A stretch of DNA of 63,886 nucleotides, filler included. It is 7 parts of 7 records of this genome, joined end to end, with 100 filler letters (N's around TTAATTAATTAA, not from the genome) between each part and the next. Parts side by side here need not be neighbours in the genome. Positions count along the whole stretch, not along the records: positions 5,728 to 23,041 come from SRR31156797_20168; 6 more parts are not named here. The stretch is one strand, 5' to 3'. Positions 9,726 to 19,914 of the stretch are shown here, piece by piece. The notes beneath the pieces were generated by a model that was given only the letters and a program-made list of their open reading frames with translations, was not told the origin of the DNA and ran no database searches. Numbering within the stretch: position 1 is the stretch's first letter; each line of letters begins with the position of its first letter. Both the position numbers and the translations under genes were made by a program.

Positions 9726-12122
9726 TTATTTTAACATTTTGCCATTGGGTGCAAAATTATCATTGTAATAGCCTCTTTTGTATCCTAAACGTAAGAAATC
9801 AAATCCATTATATTTGAAATCATTTAAAATCAGAGAAATATTCTTTATTGAACCCTTTTCACTAATTTTGTTAATGTAATTAATTTGTTTTTTATTGCTG
9901 TATCGTTGTCTTAAAACAAACAGATTAAGATCAGCGTATTTTCCAGTTAATAAACCATCGGTAACAATAGAAACAGGAGCGCTATCCATAATAATATAAT
10001 TGAATCGTCTGCGAACAGAGTCCATAAATCGATTAAACTTCCCATTTGCTAATAATTCAGCTGGATTTGAATGTGTTGTTCCTGCAGGAATAAAACTTAA
10101 ATTCTCAATCTGTGTCGGATAAATTATTTCATTAAAGTTTTCTTCATCTTGCAAATACTGACTCATACCACAAGTAGAAACACAACCAAATATTTTACTC
10201 AATCGTGGTTTTCTCATGTCGGTTTCCACCAACAATACTTTACGATGATTGAGTGCTAGAACTGCTGCAAGATTTACACTAATAAAAGATTTTCCTTCTC
10301 CAGGCATAACAGATTGAACCGTTACCACCTTATTCTCAAAAGTTGATAAAACCTGTTCCAAATCAGTTCTTAAGCTCCTGAAAGTTTCTGTAATTCCCGC
10401 ATTTGGTCGTTTTGATACAATAAAATCTTTACGATATCTATTGTGCATGATGACTCCTAGTACAGGTAATGTGGTTTCACTTTCCAAATCGTTTACATTT
10501 TCGATTGTATTGTCGAAATAATCGCTCGTTTTTATAAATAAAAATGGAATTAGAAGACCTAAAATTGCACCTAGCAACATATTTAATAAAAATTTTGGAC
10601 CAACTTTATCAACCGACATTATAGATGCCTTATCGACTATTTGTGAATTTGGCACATTTGAAGCAATAATAATTTCAGCCTCTGCCCTCTTCTTCAACAA
10701 AAAATTGTACAAATCATTATTTAGATCATACCTCCGTTTTATATTGGTAAAGTTCTGCCCAAGTTTAGGCAAACTATTAATCTGTTTTTTTCGTTCTTCC
10801 AATCGCCTAGAAATACTTGTTAGATCGTTCTCAGCTATTATCATTGAGTTTGTAAGGTTTTCATATAAGCTTTGCCTGATATGATTAATTTCTTTTTCCA
10901 GTATCAGCATATTCGGCTCATTCTCTTTAGCACTGTACGAAAGCACTTCTTTTTTGCGAGTTAATTCATCAAGTTTCAGCACCAAATTGTTTAATACCGG
11001 ATCTGAAAAATCTGAAATGGAAGGAGCTACGATAATTTGTCTTGACGATTCTTCACCAAATTTATCTTGTAAGTTTTTTTCAATTTTCTCAAATTGAGTA
11101 ATATCATTTAAGTACTTATTAAGACTTTTATAATAATTTACTTTTCTGTCAGCAACTGAAAAATCCTCTTCCAGTTTTTTTAAATCTAATCGAATAAATT
11201 CCGCCTCATCTCTTGGATCAAGCCCTGTTGTTTTCGATTGGAAGTCACTATATAAATTACCTGTATGTGTCAAAGAGTCCACAACTCCATCTAATTGCAT
11301 ATCAATAAATTTGACTGTATTTACAGAAAAACGATTTTTTTCTTTCAAACAGTAATAAATATATTCTCTGCTCAATCCATTAACAAAATCCACTAATCGT
11401 TGAGAGTGCTGACCGATCATTTTAACAATTATGAGATTGCCATTCATATCATCCAAAGTTATATCCAACTGATTAGATAATTTTAAAGCCAAATGCTCAG
11501 AATTATTAAATTCGAAAAAGTATTCACTATTCTCAGGAAGAATTAAATCAGATTTTTTTTCCAGAATAAATTGAAACATATCATTTTGAAATACCTCACC
11601 AAACTCTCCTTTTTGCTCAAATCCTATTAATTCATCGGTATGCTCAACGCGTATTGTATATGTGCTATCGGAAATCGTTTGAATAAAAACAGGAATATTT
11701 GTAGGGTTCTCAAATCCTGTTTCTTGTATCTCAAAAGGTTCATTGCCATATAAATCATGATTGTAAAACATCATCTGCTGATACCATGAGGTTCTCCAAT
11801 TTAAATTATTAACCACCGTATGGCTTAAACTATGAGATTTCAACACACCAATATGATCCTGAATATTAAATCCTTTACTGTAAATATCATCTTGAAAAAA
11901 CTCCTTGCCTTTAATAGAATTAGACTCATTCTGAACCAAAATGGTGCTTTCAGCCCGATAATTCTCAGGTGAATAATAGCTTATGAAGTATCCAATAAGA
12001 AGCCCTAAAATGCTAAACACAAAGAACCAATACCAGTTAGATATCAGCTTATTTTGAAATAACTTAATACGTTTACGTTCCTCTCTCATCATTTTTTCGA
12101 TGAAATTGTCAGATTCAGTCAT
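9726..12122 (-). CDS. wzc: Wzc-like polysaccharide co-polymerase / tyrosine autokinase
   Basis: Two TMs around a coiled-coil periplasmic region, ETFRSLRT, Walker A PGEGKS, DMRKP, IIMDSAP, C-terminal Tyr cluster. Confidence 0.92.
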   Translation of the reverse strand: MTESDNFIEKMMREERKRIKLFQNKLISNWYWFFVFSILGLLIGYFISYYSPENYRAESTILVQNESNSIKGKEFFQDDIYSKGFNIQDHIGVLKSHSLSHTVVNNLNWRTSWYQQMMFYNHDLYGNEPFEIQETGFENPTNIPVFIQTISDSTYTIRVEHTDELIGFEQKGEFGEVFQNDMFQFILEKKSDLILPENSEYFFEFNNSEHLALKLSNQLDITLDDMNGNLIIVKMIGQHSQRLVDFVNGLSREYIYYCLKEKNRFSVNTVKFIDMQLDGVVDSLTHTGNLYSDFQSKTTGLDPRDEAEFIRLDLKKLEEDFSVADRKVNYYKSLNKYLNDITQFEKIEKNLQDKFGEESSRQIIVAPSISDFSDPVLNNLVLKLDELTRKKEVLSYSAKENEPNMLILEKEINHIRQSLYENLTNSMIIAENDLTSISRRLEERKKQINSLPKLGQNFTNIKRRYDLNNDLYNFLLKKRAEAEIIIASNVPNSQIVDKASIMSVDKVGPKFLLNMLLGAILGLLIPFLFIKTSDYFDNTIENVNDLESETTLPVLGVIMHNRYRKDFIVSKRPNAGITETFRSLRTDLEQVLSTFENKVVTVQSVMPGEGKSFISVNLAAVLALNHRKVLLVETDMRKPRLSKIFGCVSTCGMSQYLQDEENFNEIIYPTQIENLSFIPAGTTHSNPAELLANGKFNRFMDSVRRRFNYIIMDSAPVSIVTDGLLTGKYADLNLFVLRQRYSNKKQINYINKISEKGSIKNISLILNDFKYNGFDFLRLGYKRGYYNDNFAPNGKMLK

Positions 12123-12158
12123 AACTAAAATTTTTGATCGGTAAACTATTTATTAGAA

Positions 12159-13289
12159 TTACTTACTTGTCAATCTTTTAAAAAGTATATTCCCAAAAGC
12201 CTTAAAAAAATAGTTGCAATCGGTTCGGATTGGCTTTTGCAAATAACTGTTGATATATTTTCTTTCCGATTCCTGTATTTCTTCCAGTGTTTCTGGTAAA
12301 TCAACATAAAATGGAGGGATAATTCCTGGCTTAATCTTTTCCCTTAACCTTTGCAATTCAGGAGAGTACAGCGAGAGATATTGTTTACTTAAGGGTCTAA
12401 CTCCAACAATTTTCATCTCTCCTTTTATCAAATTTACAATATTAGGTATTTCATCTATCCATAACTTTCTCATAATTTTACCAAGAGTTGTGACACGAAT
12501 GTCATTACATATTTTGCCACCCTTGTCCAATTGGTTTTTTTGGACAAATTCCTCCTGTAAATATTCAGAAAAAGGAACCATGGTTCTCAATTTGTACACT
12601 TTTATCTCCTTTCCACCTTTTCCTATGCGCTTCATTTTAAACAAAAGTCCATAAGATGAAAATTGATCGAAATACGCTTGCCCTTGCTTTTTGACCGTAA
12701 AATAGGTGAAGTTTTCAGCCTGATATTCTTTATGAATCCTAAAGCCGCAGGCATTTAATCGACCATGCATCTCTAATTTTCGAATGGATCGGTTTTTACC
12801 TTTGGTTAGTTTGAAATATAGTTTTCTTGTCAGACTAAGCTTTGGAAATACTCTATGAAAGAAATAATGTTTACAAAACATCATTCTATTAATAGGAAAG
12901 ACATATTTGTTGTTTAAATTTTTTTCTATAACAGATTGAGATACAAATCGGCAAATAAATGTTCCGTCGGATTCCAATTTGGTATTTACAGCTGCAAGAA
13001 ATTCATTAATACTTATCAAATTGTTAAGAGGTTCCGAACTAACAATTAATTGATATTCATTTCCTGATAATAAATTGATATCATCAGCATTCGTTGAACT
13101 AATTAAGGCATGCTTTGGGTTAAGACGATCAAAATATCTTCCAATAATTTCGAATCCCTTGCTTCCTAGTCTGTTTGCTAAATCAGAAAAATCGTTCAAA
13201 AAGATAACGAAACTTGAAATCTTCCCAACTTTTGGTATTCGCTTGATATCTTTTCTTACGAAGTCTTTTATTTTACTCTCATTTTCCAT
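12159..13289 (-). CDS. priming sugar transferase (phosphoglycosyl transferase) with N-terminal extension
   Basis: RIGKGGK..KVYKLRTM, DIRVT..GKIMRKLWIDEIP, GEMKIVGVRP, KPGI. Confidence 0.88.
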   Translation of the reverse strand: MENESKIKDFVRKDIKRIPKVGKISSFVIFLNDFSDLANRLGSKGFEIIGRYFDRLNPKHALISSTNADDINLLSGNEYQLIVSSEPLNNLISINEFLAAVNTKLESDGTFICRFVSQSVIEKNLNNKYVFPINRMMFCKHYFFHRVFPKLSLTRKLYFKLTKGKNRSIRKLEMHGRLNACGFRIHKEYQAENFTYFTVKKQGQAYFDQFSSYGLLFKMKRIGKGGKEIKVYKLRTMVPFSEYLQEEFVQKNQLDKGGKICNDIRVTTLGKIMRKLWIDEIPNIVNLIKGEMKIVGVRPLSKQYLSLYSPELQRLREKIKPGIIPPFYVDLPETLEEIQESERKYINSYLQKPIRTDCNYFFKAFGNILFKRLTSK

Positions 13290-13308
13290 GATCGCAATTA
13301 TTAAACTG

Positions 13309-14136
13309 TTAACTATTTGTATTTTTTGAATCCCTCATCTTAACCAAAATTCTTTTCAAGGGATTTTTACAATATTGAGAGATGAGTTCAGAATACCAAG
13401 TCAAATTCATAGCATTCCAGCGTTGAGGATGAAATGTCATCATTATTTTCTGTGGCAATAATTGTTGATTTAAGGCTTCTAATATCTCGAATGATGATTT
13501 AAAAACCATTCCTTTCTCCGTCCAAACCGATTGGTAACCATTAATCTTGTCTCGTAAGCTCACATTGTGTCCATCCCATCTTCTTCCCGTGTCAGTCAGA
13601 TAAAACACTTCATTAAAATCCAGATCGATATAAGGTTCTCCTATTATTCCAAATTCACTATAATCATATTTTTTCCATAGGTCTTTACTATTGAATTTTG
13701 ATAATGGACTTCCATGCATACATATTGTCTGAACAGGCACTATTTCCCTAAATTGCTTTAAGTGCAAGTCAAAATCTTTAATTCCATTTTCGTAAATTTT
13801 CGAGACATCTTTGCTTAATGGAAACCTACGCGATACTGTTGCTAAATTTTCATAATGGTATCCTATTTCATGTCCCAGTGAAGCAATTTCCTTTATTATT
13901 TCATGTTTCATGCAAGATTTTACAGCCCTAAAGTAAAAACTTCCTTTAATGCCCAAAGAATTCTGTATCCTAGCTAAAATCAATGCATTCTCAGGTCTTT
14001 TGTCAATATCATAGCGCAATAAGACCACCTTAGCTTTTGGCTCTATAAGATATTGTGAAAATGTCTGAAATTTATATCCGTTAGCTTGATATCCGAGCAA
14101 TAAATTCTTGAATACACTCAGTGTAAAATCATACAT
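13309..14136 (-). CDS. polysaccharide deacetylase-like (CE4 fold) protein
   Basis: VLLRYDID, GHEIGYHYE, CMHGS, MTFHPQRW motifs. Confidence 0.75.
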   Translation of the reverse strand: MYDFTLSVFKNLLLGYQANGYKFQTFSQYLIEPKAKVVLLRYDIDKRPENALILARIQNSLGIKGSFYFRAVKSCMKHEIIKEIASLGHEIGYHYENLATVSRRFPLSKDVSKIYENGIKDFDLHLKQFREIVPVQTICMHGSPLSKFNSKDLWKKYDYSEFGIIGEPYIDLDFNEVFYLTDTGRRWDGHNVSLRDKINGYQSVWTEKGMVFKSSFEILEALNQQLLPQKIMMTFHPQRWNAMNLTWYSELISQYCKNPLKRILVKMRDSKNTNS

Positions 14137-15235
14137 GAAAATTGATTCTCTTTATTAAGGACTTGATATTGTCATTGATCTTCCTCAACCATTGCCAAAC
14201 ATAAAATCCGAATTTAACAACTTTAAAAAGCTGAGGACGATACACTTTCTCATATCTACCTGGGTAGATGACAGTTCCACCGAACTTCATTTTATATTTT
14301 CTAACGCCATAAGCCTTGTTGGGATTACCTGCACCTGCAAAATCAAACACTTGATACCCTTCTCGTTTTCCCCATAGCATGAGTTCCCAATTCATTAAAT
14401 CATTTACACATTTGTTATTGTATTCTTTTAATGCACCGGCATAAAAGAGATAAAGACGTCGATTAAAAGCCAAAATTAATCTCGTGGCAATTACTTTATC
14501 TTCAAATTCAGCATTATATATCAGTAATCTTGCATTGTCAGATGATTTTAACCACAAGTTTGCGAAGAATTCAAATCTTGGAATGGGTAGTTTTATCTTA
14601 CTGTAAACTTGTTTTAATACATTGTAGGAGTCAATTAAGCCAAATTGATGATCTTCAAATCTACACGTAATGTTCTCTCGATTTGCTTTTCTAATTCTAT
14701 TTCTTTTGGTTCTTTTCATGTTGAGCCAAAGCTGTTCTATAGGCTGTTGCAGATCAATCAGTATGTTCATATGCTCCATAAACTGATAAGCATGATCTTT
14801 AAAAACATCCTTTATTTGAGAATTTTCCGTCCAATTTCGTACTTGTGTGTACATTACTTTCCGCTTCACAAAAGAGTCATACTGCTTTAAAATCAGATCC
14901 AAGATTTCTTTCTCGGAATCTGCTATTAGTGGTCCTCCTTTAATTATTGATCTTTTGGTAAATCTACCAGCAATACCTGTGACTTCTGTTTGAATTACAG
15001 CCAACATTAATCCTTTAATTGAGTCATCTTCCAAAATGGCAATAAATACAGGATCAAATCCAACAGTATCGTTATATACTTCATACATTTCAGGCATTTG
15101 AAATATATTACCATCAGGATGATTGGAAACAAAATCGCTCCATACTTTCATCTCTACTTCACCAGCATTGGTGACAATGGTGAATTTTTCCCGCTCAGCC
15201 AGTAATTTAGAAGCTGTAATTACATTTGGTATCAT
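14129..15235 (-). CDS. FemAB/FemX-like GNAT aminoacyl-transferase
   Basis: W..FV..HP.GNIFQ, GGP, R.RIRKA, FDFAGAG.P...YGVRKYKMKFGG. Confidence 0.85.
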   Translation of the reverse strand: MIPNVITASKLLAEREKFTIVTNAGEVEMKVWSDFVSNHPDGNIFQMPEMYEVYNDTVGFDPVFIAILEDDSIKGLMLAVIQTEVTGIAGRFTKRSIIKGGPLIADSEKEILDLILKQYDSFVKRKVMYTQVRNWTENSQIKDVFKDHAYQFMEHMNILIDLQQPIEQLWLNMKRTKRNRIRKANRENITCRFEDHQFGLIDSYNVLKQVYSKIKLPIPRFEFFANLWLKSSDNARLLIYNAEFEDKVIATRLILAFNRRLYLFYAGALKEYNNKCVNDLMNWELMLWGKREGYQVFDFAGAGNPNKAYGVRKYKMKFGGTVIYPGRYEKVYRPQLFKVVKFGFYVWQWLRKINDNIKSLIKRINFHV

Positions 15236-16326
15236 CTGAAAAATTTCTCAAAAACAATTTTATACTCTTCTGATATTTTAGACCATAGGTAATCTTTAGT
15301 TAATCGCTGATAGGCTTTATCAGCGAAATCATTCATTATTTCAGGATTTTTTGATGCATAAGCAATTTTATTAGAAAGGTCCCTTACATCATTTACCTTA
15401 AAAAAGAGTACCTCAGTTGCATTAAATACATCTCTGTTTTCTGGAATATCCGAGCAAATAATTGGAACTTTTAAAGCTGCCACTTCTAATAGCATCATTG
15501 ACATAGACTCATTAATGGATGGAAATACAAAGAATTTACTACCTGCTATTAACTCGTATAAATCTTTCTTTACCTTGATTAGTCCCGTAAAACGAATTCC
15601 TCCGATTTCTTTTTGAAGCTGAAGTAATTTCTTTTCATACTCAAGATCTTGTTTGATATCTCCTATTAGGATTGCCTTCTCTTTTTCCTCCAGCAAGCCC
15701 AGTGCTTCAATAAATGTATGACAGCCCTTATCTGGCAGCATTCTACCTGCTGCAAAGGAAATATAGTCTTTCTTACCAGAAAGAATCTCCAGGTTCGGAT
15801 TAACGCCATTTGGAATGTATCGAATTTTCTTTTCTGGAATTATACCCGAAACGATACGCTTGTCTTTTAAGGAAACTGTGGTAACAAAGTCTGCATACTT
15901 AAGAAAATGGCGATCCTCAAATTCAAAAAAATATTTATAGCGAATCCACTTGGAGGTAAGCACCATACCATGAGTAGTAACCACAATCGGAAACCTTAGC
16001 TTTAATATGGGTACAACAAAAGTTGCATCTCGGTGGTGCAAATGTATAAGATCAAAATTCTTAAACAGTAATGCATGCAAAGCTGAACGTATGTAATAGA
16101 AGAGCGTATTGATTCTTTTCAGCGGAAGTTGCCGAAAAACAATATGATAGCAATTCTTAAAGTACCCCGATTTTAAGTTGGTATGAGAGCTAACCGAATA
16201 AATGGTAAAATCAAACTGATCCGTTAGATTGTCTATGATATTTTCTCCAACAGCTGCTGCCCCTCCATATGCAGGAAGACCTTTTAATCCAATAACCCCA
16301 ATCTTACGCTTTTCACTAACCTTCAT
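15232..16326 (-). CDS. glycosyltransferase family 4
   Basis: GLKGLPAYGG, TTHG, IPNGV, FPS..ESMSMMLLE..SDIP. Confidence 0.9.
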   Translation of the reverse strand: MKVSEKRKIGVIGLKGLPAYGGAAAVGENIIDNLTDQFDFTIYSVSSHTNLKSGYFKNCYHIVFRQLPLKRINTLFYYIRSALHALLFKNFDLIHLHHRDATFVVPILKLRFPIVVTTHGMVLTSKWIRYKYFFEFEDRHFLKYADFVTTVSLKDKRIVSGIIPEKKIRYIPNGVNPNLEILSGKKDYISFAAGRMLPDKGCHTFIEALGLLEEKEKAILIGDIKQDLEYEKKLLQLQKEIGGIRFTGLIKVKKDLYELIAGSKFFVFPSINESMSMMLLEVAALKVPIICSDIPENRDVFNATEVLFFKVNDVRDLSNKIAYASKNPEIMNDFADKAYQRLTKDYLWSKISEEYKIVFEKFFR

Positions 16327-16331
16327 AAGCT

Positions 16332-17495
16332 CTATGAACCTGCATTTTTTATTACTGTTTGATAAAATTCAATTGTTTGTTGGGCAACATTTTTAGGATG
16401 AAATTTCAATTTTGCCTCATCATTAGCATAATTTGAAAAAGCATTATAGTCAAATTTTCTACCAAATGTCTCAATTAAATATTCTCCCAACTGATTAAGA
16501 TTATTGGGCTCAATTAAAAATCCGGACTTTCCTTCTGTAATCATTTCAGATACTCCTCCTACATCAGTTGCAATTACGGGCTTACTGGCAGCCATTGCCT
16601 CAGCAATACTCACTGGCAGTGACTCCTGAAGCGATGGCAAAACAAAGAGGTCCACCTCACTATAAATTTTAAGAATTTCAGATTGCGTTTTCCAACCCAA
16701 AAAATGAACCCGATTCTGTAAATTGTTATTCGCTATAAATTGTTTTATTTTTTGCTCATATTTTGCATTTGTAAATCCACCAACAATCATCAGTTCTGCA
16801 TTCTCTATTGAATTCCTGACCTGATTAAATGCTTGTAACAAGCACATCAAATTTTTTCGTGGATTGATAACTCCCACATAAATGATCTTTTTTGTTCGTC
16901 CATTCTTGTTCTTCACATCGAAGAAAGAAGGATTCACCGGATTGTAAATCAATTCGCCTGTGATATCCTGTATTTGCTTTTTTTTAACTAAAAATTCACG
17001 ATTCTTTTCTGATATGAAGGTGAAATTAGTAAAACGTGTAAAGTAGTATTGTTCAATTAATTTCTTAATCCAGAACTTTAACTTTTCCTGGAATGAAGTT
17101 TGGTATTTAATCTCCTCTGCCATTATCCCATGTTGGGTAATGATTAGATTTTTTCTGTTTATTCCTCTTAAACTTAGTAATATTGGAGATGCTCCTTGCA
17201 CATGAATGATATCAGGAGCAAATTCCATAATAGAATTCCGAACCTGTTTTGAAGCCTGAAAGAGATAATAGAATAAATTACCTCCAGGTATTCCCGATTT
17301 TCTCATGTAGTGAATGGTAATATGATCGGTAATTCTTTTCGTGTAGTCCTCATCAGATTTTCCCAGGGACAAAATTCTTAATTCAAGATCCTTAAAGTAT
17401 TCAAATCCTTTTATCAGATTTATTACCACAGCATCTACTCCACCTTGAATGGCATCCATATTCGTCGACAGAGAAGTAATCATTAATACTTTCAT
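16332..17495 (-). CDS. glycosyltransferase family 4
   Basis: RKN, FVLPSLQESLPVSIAEAMA..KPVIATDVGGVSE. Confidence 0.92.
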   Translation of the reverse strand: MKVLMITSLSTNMDAIQGGVDAVVINLIKGFEYFKDLELRILSLGKSDEDYTKRITDHITIHYMRKSGIPGGNLFYYLFQASKQVRNSIMEFAPDIIHVQGASPILLSLRGINRKNLIITQHGIMAEEIKYQTSFQEKLKFWIKKLIEQYYFTRFTNFTFISEKNREFLVKKKQIQDITGELIYNPVNPSFFDVKNKNGRTKKIIYVGVINPRKNLMCLLQAFNQVRNSIENAELMIVGGFTNAKYEQKIKQFIANNNLQNRVHFLGWKTQSEILKIYSEVDLFVLPSLQESLPVSIAEAMAASKPVIATDVGGVSEMITEGKSGFLIEPNNLNQLGEYLIETFGRKFDYNAFSNYANDEAKLKFHPKNVAQQTIEFYQTVIKNAGS

Positions 17496-17530
17496 TTAGA
17501 GGAGTATTACAAGCAATAATGTTGATAATA

Positions 17531-18811
17531 TTACAATAACAAAAGTTTTGAATAATACTGGGTTTGGTATTTTTCATCCAACAAAATCAATCCAAGTATT
17601 ACAAAGTATAATCCTTTTAGATACTCGTAACGAAGAAAAACATTTGAGTAAATAATGGTATCAATAAAAAATACGATGGTAAGAACTAAAAACGAGAGAT
17701 AAATGGGATTGCTTTTGTACCTGTTTTTAACATACGCAAATAGTCTCAAATAGAAACACAAATAAAGTATTGTTCCCAATAAACCAACCTGTAATAATAA
17801 CCATACAAATGCCATTCTTCCACCATAACGCACACCATATTCACTACTCATCGATCCATCCTGACTATTATACTTCGATTCAATTAGTTTACCAGCTCCA
17901 TCACCAAAAATCATTTTATTAGTTGGCGCATCAAGAGTGTAATTAATAAAATAAATCAAAGCACCTTTTCTCCTCATCTGATACTTGTTATTTGATTTTG
18001 AACCAGTGTATTTTTCAATGTAACTAACTATATATGGAACATTAAAACTCCCCCAATTACTATTTTCTGGATTTAATGTTTTATTGGTTCGTGCCGTGAA
18101 GTAAAATATAGCCACACACATTGCCAATGATAAAATTAGTTTATTTGTAAGACCTTTTATAAAGTATCTCTTCTCAAGTTTAATAAATAATACTCCACAA
18201 ATGAGTAGTACCAATGGAATAAATAGAATAATTGCTCTCTTATCACCAACAATACCGATCAAGCTGAAACAAACTATAAGAACCAGGTATTTTAACTTTC
18301 TTTTATACAAGTAAATCGAAAACAAGATGGCTATAATAAATACTGGAAATATAGTTGAAACACTTCCTGCATTAACCGACAAAGTTCCAATTCCTCCATG
18401 TTCCGATTGTCCTATCAACAGATACTTAACGATTATTGCTGGCACCTGAAGAAGAATCAGCAGTTTTATAAATGAAACCACTCTTGATATTAATAAATTA
18501 CTATCCTCATTAATTAGTACTATAAAATAGGCATACGATAATAGTGTATAAATTAAAAAATAGACTAGTGAAAAGGAATCAACTTGATTAAGGTATGAAC
18601 TTACGACTGCAACTATACCAAAGGCGAATACCCATGCTAAAAATGGAAATTTTAATTGATTTCCCTTAGTAAAAAAAGAGTAAGCAAATAAACCTGCACT
18701 TACCAATGGTATTCCAAGCTTGTAGATTCCCGAACTCAATCCAAACAATTGAAAAATACCGGTTAAAAAAATAAGAATCCAATATGTATAATGGAATACA
18801 GTTCTAATCAT
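17531..18811 (-). CDS. wzy: Wzy-like polysaccharide polymerase
   Basis: About 11 hydrophobic segments with a large late periplasmic loop; lies within a Wzx/Wzc locus. Confidence 0.7.
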   Translation of the reverse strand: MIRTVFHYTYWILIFLTGIFQLFGLSSGIYKLGIPLVSAGLFAYSFFTKGNQLKFPFLAWVFAFGIVAVVSSYLNQVDSFSLVYFLIYTLLSYAYFIVLINEDSNLLISRVVSFIKLLILLQVPAIIVKYLLIGQSEHGGIGTLSVNAGSVSTIFPVFIIAILFSIYLYKRKLKYLVLIVCFSLIGIVGDKRAIILFIPLVLLICGVLFIKLEKRYFIKGLTNKLILSLAMCVAIFYFTARTNKTLNPENSNWGSFNVPYIVSYIEKYTGSKSNNKYQMRRKGALIYFINYTLDAPTNKMIFGDGAGKLIESKYNSQDGSMSSEYGVRYGGRMAFVWLLLQVGLLGTILYLCFYLRLFAYVKNRYKSNPIYLSFLVLTIVFFIDTIIYSNVFLRYEYLKGLYFVILGLILLDEKYQTQYYSKLLLL

Positions 18812-19895
18812 GCTCTATGATCTGGTTCAGATAAGGCTTTAAGTTGCCATTTACTATTCTATCCCATGTATGATTTGACAAACTTTCAATTACCAATGAG
18901 TGTTGATAAGACTTTCGCTTCATGTAATATTTTTCCAATGCACGATAAAAAGATTCGGCAGAATCAGAACATAAAATCCCATTATTTTCATTAATAATAT
19001 TTGAATTTTCGTAGGTTGAAGTACCTATACAAACCATCCCCGCCAGAATATATTCAAATGTTTTTGTGGGTGGCTGAAAATTAAAATACGGCGTAATTGG
19101 AATATAACTTACTCCAATATTTGATTCTTTATAATAGTCGAGAATTTCATTTATATTTTTCCTGCCATGGAATTTGACAATCGCAGCAAGTTCCTGTCCT
19201 TTAATGGAGTTATTGAGCAATTCTTCTTCTTGGCAAGTTCCATACCCAAAAATATTATACTCGCAATCAATCTTTCTACCATACTTTTTATAAAACTGAT
19301 AAAATCCATTAATGGTTTCATGAATTTTGCGATGATTTAATGTACCAACATACAATAATTTAATTCGATCATAGTTTTTGTTTCCACTCTCCAGTATTTC
19401 TGCGCCCAATGGTAAGTAGTGACAATTCTTACTTCTTAATTTCAAATGATTGATCAAACCCTCAGAAATAATTGTAATATAATCAAACATTGATGCTTCA
19501 AGCCGGAGTCTTAAGTTCTGAAAGTAATTACTCAAACGATTTTCTTTTACCGATCCAGTTCTGATATCGAGTATTATCTTTCTATTGGTAATTAATTTTA
19601 TTATTGAGCAATACTTAAAACTGTATGAAAAAACGACATCATATTCCGATTCTTTTATTTCAGTCCACACTGATTGTAACCAACGTAGATAGCGGGCAAA
19701 TTTATTGCCTTTTAAAGAAGTATACTTTACTTCAACGCCAGATAAAGCAAGCTTTTTAAATTGTTGATCAAAACAAAGAACTGTAATGTTGAATTCGTCT
19801 TTTAAATATTTGCAATAAAAGTAGTAATCGGTAAGGTAGCCGAATTGACTCGGAGAAATAATCAACAATTTTTTCTTTTCCAAGATCGTTCTCAA
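18804..19895 (-). CDS. glycosyltransferase (GT4-like)
   Basis: LLYVGTL..RKI, FHGR, QPPTKTFEY. Confidence 0.85.
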   Translation of the reverse strand: MRTILEKKKLLIISPSQFGYLTDYYFYCKYLKDEFNITVLCFDQQFKKLALSGVEVKYTSLKGNKFARYLRWLQSVWTEIKESEYDVVFSYSFKYCSIIKLITNRKIILDIRTGSVKENRLSNYFQNLRLRLEASMFDYITIISEGLINHLKLRSKNCHYLPLGAEILESGNKNYDRIKLLYVGTLNHRKIHETINGFYQFYKKYGRKIDCEYNIFGYGTCQEEELLNNSIKGQELAAIVKFHGRKNINEILDYYKESNIGVSYIPITPYFNFQPPTKTFEYILAGMVCIGTSTYENSNIINENNGILCSDSAESFYRALEKYYMKRKSYQHSLVIESLSNHTWDRIVNGNLKPYLNQIIEHD

Positions 19896-19914
19896 TTAAC
19901 TGTAAAATATAGAT

